Positions 36,963-50,391 of a stretch of 64,000 nucleotides of DNA are shown one piece after another. The stretch is taken from the NCBI GenBank assembly GCA_030390025.1, contig CM059432.1:59274001-59338000 (forward strand). Direction: 5' to 3'. Both the position numbers and the translations under genes were made by a program. The notes beneath the pieces were generated by a model. The model did not search any database. It had not been told where the DNA came from and was given only the letters and a program-made list of their open reading frames with translations. Positions within the stretch are counted from its first letter, which is position 1; every line of letters begins with the position of its first letter. The stretch comes from Squalus acanthias. Lineage: Eukaryota.

Positions 36963-39733
36963 TTAAGAACATAAGAAATAGGAGCTGGAGTAGGCCATTT
37001 GGCCCTTCAAGCCTGCTCCGCCGTTCAATAAGATCATGGTTGATCTTCTACCTCAATTCCACCTTCCCGCACTATCCCCATATCCCTTAATTCCCTTTGT
37101 TCCCAAAAATGTATCGACTTCTGTCTTGAATATACATGAATATACTCAACAACTGAGCATCCACAGCTATCAGGGGTAGAGAATTCCAAAGATTCACAAC
37201 ACTTTGAGTGAAGAAATTTCTCCTCATCTCAGTCCTAAATGGCATATCCCTTATTCTGGTGACCCTGTGTTCTAGATTCCCCAGCCAGGGGAAACATTTT
37301 CCCAGCATTAACCCTGTCACGCCCCTTAAGAATTTTATATGTTTCAATTAGATCTCCTCTCATTCTTCTAAACTCTAGGGAATATAGGCCTAGTCTACTC
37401 AATCTCTCCTCATAGGGCAATCCTGTCATCTCAGGAACCAGTCTAGTGAACCTTCGTTGCACTCCCTCTAAGGCAAGTATGTCTTTCCTTAGGTAAGGAG
37501 ACCAGAACTATACACAGTACTCCAGGTGTGGCCTCACCAATGCCCTGTATAATTGTAGTAAGACTTCTTTACTCTAATACTCTAATCCCTTTGCAACAAA
37601 AGCTAACGTACCATTTGCTTTCCTAATTGCTTGCTGTACCTGCATGTTAACTTTCTGTGAGTCATGTACAAGTACACCCAGGTCCCACTGAGTGCAAACA
37701 AATCCCAGTCTCTCACCATTCAAAAAATATTCTGCTTTTTTGTTTTTCCTACCAAAGTGGATAACTTCACACATCCCCACATTGTATTCCATTTGCCATG
37801 TTCTTGCCCACTCAGTCAACCTCTATGTCTCTCTGCAGCCTCTTTGCGTCCTCCTCACAGCTTACTTTCCCACATAACTTTGTATCGTCAGCAAACTTGG
37901 ATACGTTACACTCCCTTCATCTTAGTCATTAATATAGATTGTAAATAGCTGAGGCCCAAGCACTGATCCTTGCGGTACCCCACTTGTTGCAGCCTGCCAA
38001 CGTGAAAAAGTCCCGTTTATTCCTACTCCCTTTTTTCTGTCCATTAGCCAATCCTCAATCCATGTTAATATATTACCCCCAATACCACGAGTCCTAATTT
38101 TGTGTTATAACCTCTTGTGTGGCACCTTATCGAATGCTTTTTGAAAATCCAATTACGCTACATCCACTGGTTCCCCCTTATCCATCCTACTAGTTATATA
38201 AGAACATAAGAAATAGGAGCAGGAGTAGGCCATTTGGCCCCTCGAGCCTGCTCCGCCATTCAATAAGACCATGGCTGATCTTCTACCTCAACTCCACTTT
38301 CCTGCATATCCCTTGATTCCCTTAATATCCAAAAATTTATCGATCTCTGTCTTAAATATACTCAACGACTGAGCCTCCACAGCCCTCTGGGGTAGAGAAT
38401 TCCAAAGATTCACCACCCTCTGAGTGAAGAAGTTTCTCCTCATCTGAGGCTTAAATGGCCGACCCCTTATTCGGAGACATCTTCAAAAAACTCTTACAGA
38501 TTTGTCAAACACAATTTCCCTTTCATAAAGCCATATTGACTCTGTCTAATCATATTATTTTCTAAGTGCCCGGTTACCATGTCCCTAATAATAGATTCTA
38601 GCATTTTGCCTACTACTGATAGTGGCTAACTGGCCTATAGTTCCCTGTTTTTTCTCTTCCTCCTTTCTTAAATAGCGGGGTTATGTTCGCTACCTTCCAA
38701 TCCTTGGGGAGTGTTCTAGAATCTAGGGAATTCTGCAGGATTAATACCAGTGCATCCACTATCTCTGCAGATACCTCTTTTAAAACCCTAGGATGCAGAT
38801 CGTCAGGTCCAGGGGATTTGTCACCACTTGGTCCCATTAATTTCTCCAGTACTATGTCTTTACTTATACTGGTTTCTTTAAGTTCCTCATTCTCTCTAGA
38901 CCCTTGGTTCCCCATTATTTCCGGAATGTTTTTTGTGTCTTCTACCGTGAAGACAGATACAAAGTAATTGTCTAATGTTTCTGCCATTTCCTTATTGCCC
39001 ATTATAATTTCTCCTGTCTCTGACTCTAATGGGCCCACATTTACTTTCACTAATCTCTTCCTATTTACATACCTATAGAAACGTTTACAATCTGTTTTTA
39101 TGTCACTTGCTAATTTACTCTCATTCTTTTTTCTCTTTCCTTATCAATTTCTTGGTCCTCCTTTGCTGAATTCTAAAATCCTCCCAATCCTCAGGCTTAC
39201 TACTTTTTTTGGCAACATTATAAGCCTCTTCTTTTGATCTAATACTATCTTTAACTTCTCTTGTTAGCCACGGTTGGACCACTTTTCCTGTGGCGTTTTT
39301 GTGCCTTAAAGGAATGTATATTTGTTGTAAATTATGTATTAATTCTTTAAATGCTAGCCATTGCTTGTCTACCATCATACCTTTTAATGTAGTTTCCCAA
39401 TCTACCTTACCAACTCGCCCCTCATACCTATGTAGTTTGCTTTGTTTAGATTGAAGACCCTAGTTTGGGATTTAACTAAATCACTTTCAAACTCAATATA
39501 AAATTGTATCATATTATGGTCACTCTTCCCTAAAGGCCCCTTTACTACAAAGGTTATTAATTAACCCTTTCTCATTGCACAATACTAGATCTAAAATAGC
39601 CTGTTCTCTAGTTGGTTCCTCAGCATACTGATCTAGAAAACTATCTTGTATACATTCCATGAATTCATCCTCCACACTATTACTGCAAATTTGGTTTGCC
39701 CAGTCTATGTGTAGATTAAAGTCCCCCATGATT
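36963..39733 (-). mobile_element. CR1 ORF2 relic with a nested CR1 3' fragment (38199-38475)
   Basis: MGDFN, KSPGPD, NYRPVS and RT C-terminal ORFs; (CTTATGTT)n tails at 36963 and 38199. Confidence 0.9.
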
Positions 39734-41639
39734 AGTGTATCTACTGATATTCATAAAATGTTGCATATTATATATGCAATAGTAAATATAGGAGTGTGCT
39801 TCAAGGCAGCAGCTCATGCCACAACTCTGATGATAGCGAAGAACCATTCAACGTTCAGTCTCATAGGTTATGATGCCGTCCATAACCCTCTCTGCATTAA
39901 ACGTTGTAACACACTGTTATCATGTGTCATCCTCTATGTAGCACAATCCTATCTCTGTGTGTGACACACTTTCACTTATGGTATCTTTCTTATTCTCTTT
40001 CTTTGCTCCTTCCACTCAATCAAATGACACCCCTTCAGCAACCTACCCCATCCCTGAAACACTGTCCCTCAACATCTCCGCTTTGTCGCCTCCCTCCCCG
40101 TTTTCAAGACCCTTAGTTATGCTGTGCACCCCACCCCCCACAACCCAACCACCTTTTCCCTTTCTCCCCTACTGTTCAGTGTCTACTTGTCATCCCCCTT
40201 GTAAAAGAACTCTGAATTATCTCTCTACACATGAGGAGCGCTACTGAAATACAAGATGTTTTGCTGTATATGACATACTTTTACCTATGTTATCCTATGT
40301 GACACACTGTCACTTATGTTATCCTGTGTTTGCTCAGGCTTACATATGTAGTATTCAGTATGTAACACAGTTGTTGGTTAGTAGATTTATGGGTGGCTGA
40401 GCTACTGTCAGCATGTTTTAGCAGTGTGCTGTCTTTCCATTGGAGTTCGCTTTTGTGGGTTCCAGCTCTTGCTGGAAAGGTGTCTACCAGAGTTTTGAAT
40501 GACATGTAGGGTCAGTGTGGTTGGTTTTATCATGGGCAATGTAGAACTCGGACTTTCTGCAGCTTCTATTATATTTTTCAAAAACTAGACTATGACTAGG
40601 GAAACAATTGTATCAAACCGATCGGATTTTCTATTTAAATCACGGCTTATATATGACAGGTAGAAAAGATCAAGTGTTGCTATGTTTCCTCCCTCAGTTT
40701 TGAGATAAAAAATGCATTACTGAGCATTATACAGAGAGCACTTTGTCCCTCAGTGGCTGTAAAATATTGCAGCAAGACCTCAACTGTAACATTACCAGAA
40801 AAAAAACCTGATATTCAAACAGCCATTCTCAGCATTTTAACTTGTGCAGATTTCAATGCTTATTAAAGATTTAGAAGCTATAATCTTACTAACTCTTGGG
40901 ATTAAATCAATTAGATACCACAGACAGAAAGTCACATGGCTTTGTGAAAATATCGGTTTCTCCACTGGGAGGGGCTCACTTTAATGAAGCTGCTGACTCT
41001 GCAAATGGTCCGAGTTCCGCAGACATATCTTTGAGAAACTTTCTGCAGGATCAGCCGGGATAGTGTCTGTTTTCAAAAAATAAATCAGGCTTCAACCAAT
41101 GTGTTTTTAATAGAGGCAATATGCCTATAATATCTCATTACCAGCAGGAATTCAATTTTGACTCTTTTAAACTTTTGGTAAATTTTGTGCTCATCTAAGA
41201 TGTGGAATGTTTACAACAGGTTAGATGCAGAATAAAGTACCCTCTACTCTGCACAAACAATTTGCCTGATCCCCGACTTCAGAAGAGCAGCCATTATTCC
41301 ACTATTATGGCATTTTCCATTTCCTACACCAGCTATCCTTGTGCCCTTGTTGAGCAATTGCCAATTAGTGTTAAAGAGAGAATATTTTTGAACTGTAAAG
41401 TCACATGCTTTAAGAGCTGGATTAAGACTGGCCAAAACCATTTCACATAGGACTCTTACAGACAGCAGAATGTGGCAGCTTTCACCCCAAAAGTTCAGTG
41501 TGCCTTTATTATTGTTCTTGCACATAAAAAAGTATATATAATGAGAAGCCATTGTTTTTATAGGATGCAATTAAATCACATTAAGGGTTAGACTGACACC
41601 ACCAATGAGATACAGATGGTATCTGAAGACTGCTCACCA

Positions 41640-41742
41640 ATCTATTACAACAGTGATTTCACTTGGAAAGTACTTTATTGGCTGTAAAGTCCTTTGGAAC
41701 ATTGAGGTTTTGAAAGGCACTATATAATTGCAAGTTCTTTCA
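41640..41742 (+). mobile_element. DeuSINE/AmnSINE1-like 3' tail fragment
   Basis: TTACAACAGTGA...AAAGTACTTTATTGGCTGTAAAG...GAAAGGCACTATATAATTGCAAG resembles the L2-derived tail of that SINE group (recalled consensus, not searched). Confidence 0.5.
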
Positions 41743-42368
41743 TTCTGATAAAAATCAAATGTAAGCAAGTAAATTGATTGAAGTCAATTTCAATTTTAAA
41801 TGGTAATGAAATTGGCATTCAAATTATGGCGTGGGTCTGGTGAGGTCACTAATCACATAGAAGAAGATATAGATCTGCCTTCGTAAGGCATAATAGTTCA
41901 TAATAAATGTGTTCTCTATACTGAACTGGTTTTACCTAAAGCCTGAAATCTCCATTTAACATGATTTCTGCTAATTAAATATTTAGTGCTAGAAAAGGGA
42001 ATACAACTTTAGATATTTAAACTTACTCAGTGCTTACCAAAGATGTTCCACTTATTAATGAGGACAGTGAACTGGACATTCTGAAGCATATTCTCAGGTC
42101 TGACTTCTTTTCTGATCCACAATGAAGTTGGGACACTAAAACAACACCAGGTTTTAGTGTCAGGAGTGAACATGTTGACAGTGACCGACCATTTTTATTT
42201 TGTGCTCAACATAAACATGTTAATAGGGAAGAGATATTTCACTTTTCAACAGCATTAGGAAAATTTAAGTTATGGGAGTAATGTAATGATTGACTTAATA
42301 TTTTGTGTTACACAAACATAATCTTAGCTGCTAATTTGTAGTGTTTCAGCTGTTCTAAACTAAAAACT

Positions 42369-43733
42369 TAAGAACATAAGAAATAGGAGCAGGAGTAGGC
42401 CATTCGGCCCTTCGAGCCCACTCCGCCATTCAATGAGATTATGGCTGATCTTCTGCATCAACTCCATTCACCGGCCTTATCGCCATATCCCTTGATGCCT
42501 TTACTAATCAGAAATCTATCAACTTCTGTTCTGAATATACCCAATGACTGAGCCTCCACAGCCCTCTGAGGTAGAGAATTCCAAAGATTCACCACCCTCT
42601 GTGTGAAGAAATTTCTTCTCATCTCAGTACTGAATGGCCTACCCTTTATCCTGAAGCTGTGGAACCCGGTTCTCGACTCCCCAGCCAAGGGAAACATTCT
42701 CCCAGCATCCACTCTATCAAGCCCTGTAATAATTTTGTATGCTTCAATGAGATCACCTCTCATTCTTCTGAATTCAAGAGAATACAGGCCTAGTTTACTC
42801 AATCTCTTCTCATACGACAGTCCCGCCATCCCAGGAATCAATCTCGTGAACCTTCGTTGCACTTCCTCTATGGCAAGTATATCCTTCCTTAGGTAAGGAG
42901 ACCAAAATTGTACACAGTACTCCAGGTGTGGTCTCACCAAGGTCCTATATAATTAGAGTAAGACTTCTTTACTCCTGTACTCAAATCCTCTTGTAATGAA
43001 GGCCAGCATACCATTTGCCTTCCTAATGGCTTGCTGCACCTGCACATTTACTTTCAGTGACTCATGTACAAGGACACCCAGGTCCCTTTGAGCATCTGCA
43101 TTCCCCAATCTTTCACCATTTAGGAAATACTCTGCCTTTCTGTTTTTTTTAAACCAAAGTGGATAACTTCACATTTATCTACATTATATTCCATCTGCCG
43201 TGTTCTCGCCCACTCACTGAGCCTGTCGAGATCCCCTTGAAGCCTCTTCACATCCTCTTCGCAACTGACACTGCCGCCTAGCTTTGTATCATCAGCAAAT
43301 TTGGAAATGTTACATTTAGTCCCCTCATCCAAATCATTGACATAGATTGTGAATAGCTGGGGCCCAAGCACCGATCCTTGCGGTACCCCACTAGTCACAG
43401 CCTGCCATCCTGAAAAAGACCCGTTTATCCCTACTATTTGTTTTCTGTCTGTTAACCAATTCTCAATCCATGCTAGTATATTACCCCCAATTCCATGTGC
43501 CCTAATTTTGTTCACCAAACTTTGTGTGGGACCTTATCGAAGGCCTTCTGAAAATCCAGATACACCACATCTACCGGTTCCCCTTTGTCTACTCCACTAG
43601 TTACATCCTCAAAGAACGCCAATAGGTTTGTCAAACAGAATTTCCCTTTCATAAATCCATGTTGACTCTGCCCAATCTTACTATTAGTTTCTAAGTGCCC
43701 AGTTATTGCATCCTTTATAATAGATTATAATAG
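42369..43733 (-). mobile_element. CR1, 5'-truncated
   Basis: ORFs 43120..43518 ([14 protein letters not shown]) and 42458..42940, with a (CTTATGTT)n tail. Confidence 0.92.
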
Positions 43734-44407
43734 ATAACTGTGTAAATTTTGCACTCATCAGATGAGGCGTATGTTGGGGAATGCATCAAACATATGTTAG
43801 AAACTAAAGATGCCTAAAAATGTATATGGTTATGCGATTAAAACTGTGACGCGAAAAATGCTGTGTTTAAATGGTTATGTTCAAATTGCAGACGGAAAGT
43901 CTCCTCGGACCAGATAAATGCTTAGAAGTGCTAATGTTTTGGTTTCCTACGGAGGGTATAGTCATTCTCCCTGTTGCTAAGCGATTATCTGTTGTTTTTA
44001 AGTTAAAACTTGAGCCTTGTTTATGTATTTTATGGATAATGCTAAGCTAGGATTTGAAGTTAGCTTAACAGAACTGCTTGCGAAGATAATGGAAGGAAGT
44101 ATGGGGAAGTTAATGTAAACATTTGCTATGTCATAAAGGAGGTAACACTCTGAGGCGAACAGGTTTCTGGTTGGGCCTCATGAGATCAAAGAAGGATATG
44201 GACAAAAGAGATAAGGCACGAATTCCACCGGAAGGAAACCCTAAAAGTAGAATAAAAGTGACCTCTCGAAAGCTTGTACTCACAGACGGAAGAGAGAGAG
44301 ACGAAAGGAAGAGGAGAATTGCTCACGTGTGTCAACCGTCTGTCCGATCGGATCGGTATCAGCTTCTTGTCATGGTTGTATGTTTTTAAACTCTGATTAA
44401 ACACTAC

Positions 44408-44819
44408 GGGCTGGATTTTGTCTTGGGGTCGGGTTGGGGTCGTGTCATCCGCATTTCGTGTTCCCCCCTGGCTCCAGATTAATGTGGATGAATGATGCAA
44501 TTTTCACTTAATTGGGCAATTGAGTTCCAGCATGTGGGAACCCATGAACCAATTAGTGGTTTCAGTCTGAAAGTCGCCTCTGATGATGTCATCATTCCTG
44601 CTGCATTGCAGGTCAGAGACTGTCTGACTGGTCTCAGAGACTGCCTGCCTGTTGGTGAGAGAGGACCTGCCTGGCTTTTGCTGTGAGTGGACCTGGATGC
44701 AAAATTTATAAGAGTAAGAGAGTAAGAGAGTAAGAGAGTAAGAGAGTAAGAGTGTAAGAGTGTAAGAGTGTAAGAGTGTAAGAGAGTAAGAGAGTAAGAG
44801 AGAGAGAGAGAAAAAGAGA

Positions 44820-44872
<53 letters not shown>

Positions 44873-45293
44873 TCTAAAGATATCCAATGCAGCAGCATCA
44901 GAGGCGACTTTCAGACCTAATACTACTACTACTACCTTCATCACATCTCCGTTGCAATAGTGGACCTGCAGCTCATAGTCAGCTATCCACTTGTGCTCCC
45001 GCCAGGTTTCACTGGAGTGTTTCACACCAGGCGTACTTCACGCCAGAAAAGGGTTAAACTAGCTAAAACGTTTCAAAATGGCATTACAGAGCCAATTTAG
45101 GGCTTGTTAAGGGCTTTAATAGCCTCTCCCGCCTCTTGGAGGCGGGACGGAGTCAGGAACACCGCGACTGATTTTGTCAAAATTGCGTGGAGGTGGGATG
45201 GAGTCGGGATGGGGTCGGGACCCCCGACCCCGCAAATTTAACCCCCCCACACGCCTCCAAACCCGACTCCATGGGTCATTCAAAATCCAGCCC
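44408..45293. mobile_element. Harbinger-type MITE, copy 2 (inverted relative to 24115-24833)
   Basis: TIR GGGCTGGATTTTG / CAAAATCCAGCCC; collinear with copy 1. Flanks TAC/AAT do not match as a TSD. Confidence 0.88.
44708..44870 (+). repeat. Compound microsatellite (TAAGAGAG/TAAGAGTG)n + (GA)n
   Basis: Directly visible inside MITE copy 2. Confidence 0.95.
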
Positions 45294-45989
45294 AATATAC
45301 CCACCATATTGGTTTGCACTTGAACCTGATTATTTAAAGTGATCAGAGATAGCCATAACTTGGCTATTTCTAAAACATAGGATCATACTGCTGAATTAAT
45401 ACTAATTCCAGTGTGTTCATTTTTGGCACACTTTCACTTCAGCATGCTGGAATGAAGGTTGTCCAATATGGAGGAATTGACACTGGAACTGTAAAGTGGT
45501 AATGTATTTCACTGAATTGTCATGCAATCTTAAATGTCAATGTGAAATATGTATCCACATACTGATGTTCTTCAGCCAACTGTCGTTCCCATCTTTTAAA
45601 ACTCCACCTCCCATGACATCCTGAAGTTCTGCTCCAGTGACTTCAATGGAAATGAAAATAGGGAGAGATGTACAACGGGTGGCTGATCCGATATTGTCCA
45701 TTTTACCATATCACCCAAAGTCAAAATTACCGTCCAGTGGATTGTAGATGGCATTCCTCATTCACGATGTCACTGGAACTGCATTTCATAGTCTTGTAGA
45801 AGGGGGGTCTAACAAAATGTTTGCTTCCTGGCTGCCCAGCTCTTTCTCTCTCACTCTCTCTGCCACCACCCTCAACTATACAACTACCACTGTGCTGTCT
45901 AGTGCCAAGTCATGTTCGGCTCCTTCCAAAATCTCAGCAACCGAAGACCTGATCTATCCTCCTCCCCGCTGCTCACTCAGACTGGACTC

Positions 45990-46430
45990 AAGGGTGCTCT
46001 ATTTCGCAAAGCTGATCTTCAAATCCCATAACCTGCTCATCACCAAGACTGCCTATCTTTGCCTCAAGAACATCACCCACTTCTGCCCTTATCCCTCCTC
46101 CACTGCTGCTGGCTTCCAAAGCTCCACCAGACATAAATTTTGCCCAGCACATCCTATCCTGCCCTAAATCCTGCTCTCGTCACCCTTTCTGTTGCCAACT
46201 TCCATGGCTCCCCATTTCCTACCACATTGATCATTATCCTCACTTGCAAATCCCTCCATGGCTTTAATTCTCCTTTCCAATCTTCTCCAGTCTTACATGC
46301 CCACACACAGCACCCCCTCTTCTGACTCTGGCACCCTGTACTACCTCCCGTCCATTGCTATAGCCTTCAGCTATTTTTGTCCTACACTCTGTAATTCTCT
46401 CCCTAAAGTCCTCTGCTTTGCTATTTCTGC
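45990..46430 (+). mobile_element. Old L2 fragments
   Basis: Decayed ITKTAY..L.NI and CNSLPK-type L2 C-terminal segments. Confidence 0.55.
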
Positions 46431-46509
46431 ATATTCCAAGTTGATATTATACTCAAGGGTCCAAGATTGACATAAATTCAGCAAGGTTCGTTTAGATCAG
46501 GCTCCATGC

Positions 46510-47165
46510 ATGTATGAATGAACATGCAAACAGATGGACAGGAAAAGACCAGCTGGTCCACCAAGCCTGTCCCAAACAGTGACAGCACAACTAAGCATCA
46601 TAATCCCCAGTGTTCCCTCCCACTAGCAGTCCTGGGAGAGGCAAAAAAATCAGATACAAAAAACCCTAGCCCAATTTCAGGGGCAAAAACCTGGAAAATT
46701 CCTCTCTAAAGGTGATCAAAACATGTTCAGGAGATCAAATGACCAGGAGGTCATCCCACCTACTTTTTGTACACCATGATATTTGCTACAGCAAGGAACT
46801 CATCCAGTTCCTTTGAGAACTGGTGGAGCAAATCTACACTCACCACACATACTGGTAACGTATTCCAAGTGTCAATAACCCTCTGAGTAAAGAGAAATCT
46901 TCTGGTATCTAACCTAGTTCTAAGCTTAGATAGCTTATATGCATGACCCCTTATTTTCCCTAACCTATACATATTCAAAATAGTCTGGCCACACAAACAC
47001 AATTTTAAGTACTTCAATTAAATCGCCCCAAAGTCTACACTTTTCCAGTATAAAAAGACCAAGCTCTCTACACCTATTGTGATAACTAAAGGCTTTTAAC
47101 CTAGGGAGCATTCTAGTGGTTTTTCATTGAAACTTTTCCAGGGCCTCTATATCACTCACCATCTG
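46510..47165 (-). mobile_element. CR1-type 3' portion (different subfamily)
   Basis: ORF 46760..47017 RGHAYKL...RRFLFTQRVIDTWNTLP...ELDEFL. Confidence 0.75.
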
Positions 47166-47906
47166 ACAATTTAGCAGCTTTAAATAGCCAGTCTATTGGA
47201 TATATTAAAAGTCTAGTTAGTTCGGTTAATTGCTGATAAGCTTGCAGCTTTAGTAAAGAATTCCGGACCTTATACAAGCTCATTCTCCCGAGCTGGTACA
47301 GTAGGATTGGTTGTCTCATCTCCCTCTGGGATGCTCGGGTCCACTATGCACACTGCGGCGTATTCTCATAGGTTCTCCAGCAAATTTTGGCGTACATTTG
47401 CCAATGGAGAACTGGTGCCTGCAACAATCTAATTTATGATGTCCGTCGCCAATATTGCCATTGAAGCGAATTCCAGGTCATTGTGGCCAGTTTTTCTCTA
47501 CTGGTGCAAATCACGTCTAAGGTTAAGAATTGATGCTAATCTTGCCTGAATGGTAATGTGCTAATTAACTCAAATTTCCTGATTCAGTTGATTTGCATCT
47601 TTATTCAGAAATCCAGCTGCAGACGGAGGCAAGTGTAAGGAGCACATTTTTTGGTGGAATTGTAATTTAAGAGGATGGGACAATTAAAAGGGAGTGTCAC
47701 AACGGAAGGACACAAATTCTGAAAGCTCTAAAGGCATCTGTATCCATTAGCAGCCTAAGATGTGACACTCAAAAATAATGGGAAAGGAAGCTCCACATAC
47801 AGGCTTTAGGATCAGTTCTGTCACTAGCTGTGCCAGCTCCATGGTGCATTTTAGCAATTGCTGTCCTTATAACAGATAGCACAACTCTGCAGAGCTGGAC
47901 CCTTGT

Positions 47907-49899
47907 ATGACAGTGGGGAACAGGTAGCATGCTGATGTTGAGGCTTAGGGCTAGGAGTGCCATCTCTCCCCTGTGCCCTCCACCCTCACCTCCAACAAGT
48001 GCAAGGAGCTCGTAGACTTCTTTATCACTAAGATTGAGACTATCCGTTTCAGTTGAGAAGTGTCCCTTTAACCAAGCACGCATTACAGGTCTCTGCCTCT
48101 ATTTTCCTTTGCCCAACACCTGGGAATTGGTGCACACCTGCCATTCGGCAGGAAAAATCGGTCCCACTGACGGTTACTGGGATACAATTTCAAGGCACCC
48201 ATTATCCTCCTTTATGGCCATTTTTCACTTTAGCCTTGGCACGGTCAGCAGGGTATTTGATTGTAGAGAGGAATTACAGCCAAATCAAATCCTGATCTTA
48301 TTTGACAGCCGTACCTACACACCACTAGCCAGGATTGCTGGATAGTGATCAGGAACCCTGGACACTTTTCTCCTCTCCAACAGAAGGGGTCAAGTGTAGG
48401 ATCCCTACTGCCAAAATAATTGAGATCAGCTACCTCAGCACAAACGGAGATCAGACTTGGGACCTTTGTGCCTCATTGATAAATTAAAAATCAGACCCTT
48501 GATAACTTAATGGGGTAGATTTTGACTATGTGTGATAGTGTAAAACTGGTGAAAGTAATCGGCAGCCCGTTTTACACTGCTCCAGATTTTTATTTCTATT
48601 AAAGTCAATTTTTTGCTTCTCTTCTTACAGCTCTGCTCTCCCATTACACTGCTTATGCTTCTTACATGGCCATCCTCTCTTTTTCCTAATTTTTGATTGG
48701 TCACAATACCTTAGCAACACAGTAAAAACTTCAGTATTGGACAGTTCTGTCTCATGCAAATTATCAAATGCAATTGCGTCCTACTTTACCCAGCTAAAGG
48801 CAGCTTCATCTGCTATGCAAATAACCTATTACTGTGTGTTGATTTAAATAAACGCTGCATATTACAGTTGGAGTTTATTAAAATCAGTTACAATTATGTT
48901 TGCCATCTTTTGCCAAGTCCAAAATTGATGAGGGACAGTGCATGTGATTCGATCACAGCTTGAGTTTTAATACATGTTTTGCGGAAGGTGAAAATAATTT
49001 GAAAACCTTTTTAAATCAATCAGTTAATAACAAATGCCTCCACATCAAAGGTCACACAAATTGAAAAATAGATTAATTAAAATTTTAAAAAAGGTCACTT
49101 TTTTGGTCAAGTTTACTTTCCAAAAATCCTCCAAACAGTTCACTCAAAAACCAGACGGAGGTAACTTTCACCTTCACCGCTTGGGCAGTCAACAATGGAG
49201 CGGATCACCCGTCCGCTATAGAACCTGCCCGATTTTTTGACATCCTCCGGGATTTAAGGATCTTTCCAATTCCTTGAGGATTGTTCTCCCATCGATTCCT
49301 GGTAACCAAATCCCTTTCCCAGTACCAGTGGAGAAGCTGGTGTGCGTGCCTTAGCAACTGCCTCCCTCACGGCAGCAGCACAGAGGAACACTCTATCAGC
49401 AGAAACCTTTACCTTTGCAGGACCAGGCTGTCAAGGAGCCCATAACAGAGTTAATCTGTCCTGTGTCCATCTCAGAACTTGGGGGCCCTGAGAAAGGGGT
49501 CACCTCCATCCCAGGAGGTTTGTAATATTTTGCTGCAGCTGTTTATATCTCAGACCCCAGACCCTCAGGTAGCACGTAGAAGAAGTGTTAGAATAGAGCA
49601 GAGAAAAGTTTGAATGGTCATGGGGGTGTGCACGGTGACAAAACCAAGTCATATTTTTGTAAACATTTGCAATAATTTAATGGAATATTGGATGTAAGGG
49701 CTGGTTGATGTTTTGTTCTCTTGAATGACAATGGGGAACAGGTAGCATGCTGATGTGTGGCTTATGGTTAGGAGTGCTAGCTCTCCCCTGAGCCCTCCAC
49801 CCTCACCTCCAACAACAAGTGCAAGGAGCTCATGAAATTCTTTATCACCAAGACTGAGACCATCCATTTCATCTGAGAAGTGTCTCTTTAACCAAGCAC
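47907..49899 (+). repeat. ~173-bp direct repeat pair (47907-48079, 49725-49899) containing an internal L2 ORF2 piece
   Basis: Collinear copies; the core encodes PSTLTSN(N)KCKELxxFFITK.ETI. Confidence 0.8.
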
Positions 49900-50391
49900 T
49901 TCTGCCTTGATGAATGGGTCTTGTAGAAATGCGCCTTCTAAACAGTGGCACATATTGTCAAGGGCGGGTAAAAAGATGGAAGTCATGGACTTTAGGATGG
50001 GCGACATCACCCCATCCTAGCTCCTTCATTTGCATGTGGCTTCCACTGGGAGAATGTGTGCTTCTTCAGCGCACCCCGACACTGTAGGGAATTTATGCTA
50101 AGGCACTTCTCCAACAGAACCCTGGCAGATATTGACACGGTCAAAAATTCCTGGCCCCGCAAAGGCGCAATTGTCAAATTACATGTTCCCCACCCCAAGA
50201 ATTTTTGGGCTAATATATTTGCTGTTACTCCCCTTCTATTGTTCCATGAGTTAATTCAATTCAATTCATTGTAAACTAATGTTTACAATTGGTTGCAGTT
50301 GAGAAGTAATAGGGATCCAAAATATTGATCCTTATGAACTCCACTCAACATTTTAATGAATACAGTACTGTAATGGTTACAGTACTGGACT

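Larger units (their letters stand above)
43739..45355 (+). mobile_element. Probable solo LTR (~730 bp net) interrupted by a MITE
   Basis: TG...CA ends, TSD TAAC (43735-43738, 45356-45359), TATA-like AATAAAA at ~44251 and ATTAAA at ~44396. Confidence 0.55.

Noticed and set aside
44479..45025. Ser/Leu-repeat ORFs of 139 and 173 aa
   Set aside because: They are read-through of a (CT)n compound microsatellite inside a MITE.
47769..49951. Two similar minus-strand ORFs (104 and 100 aa) as a duplicated small gene
   Set aside because: The shared part is the antisense of an L2 ORF2 fragment within a 173-bp repeat.
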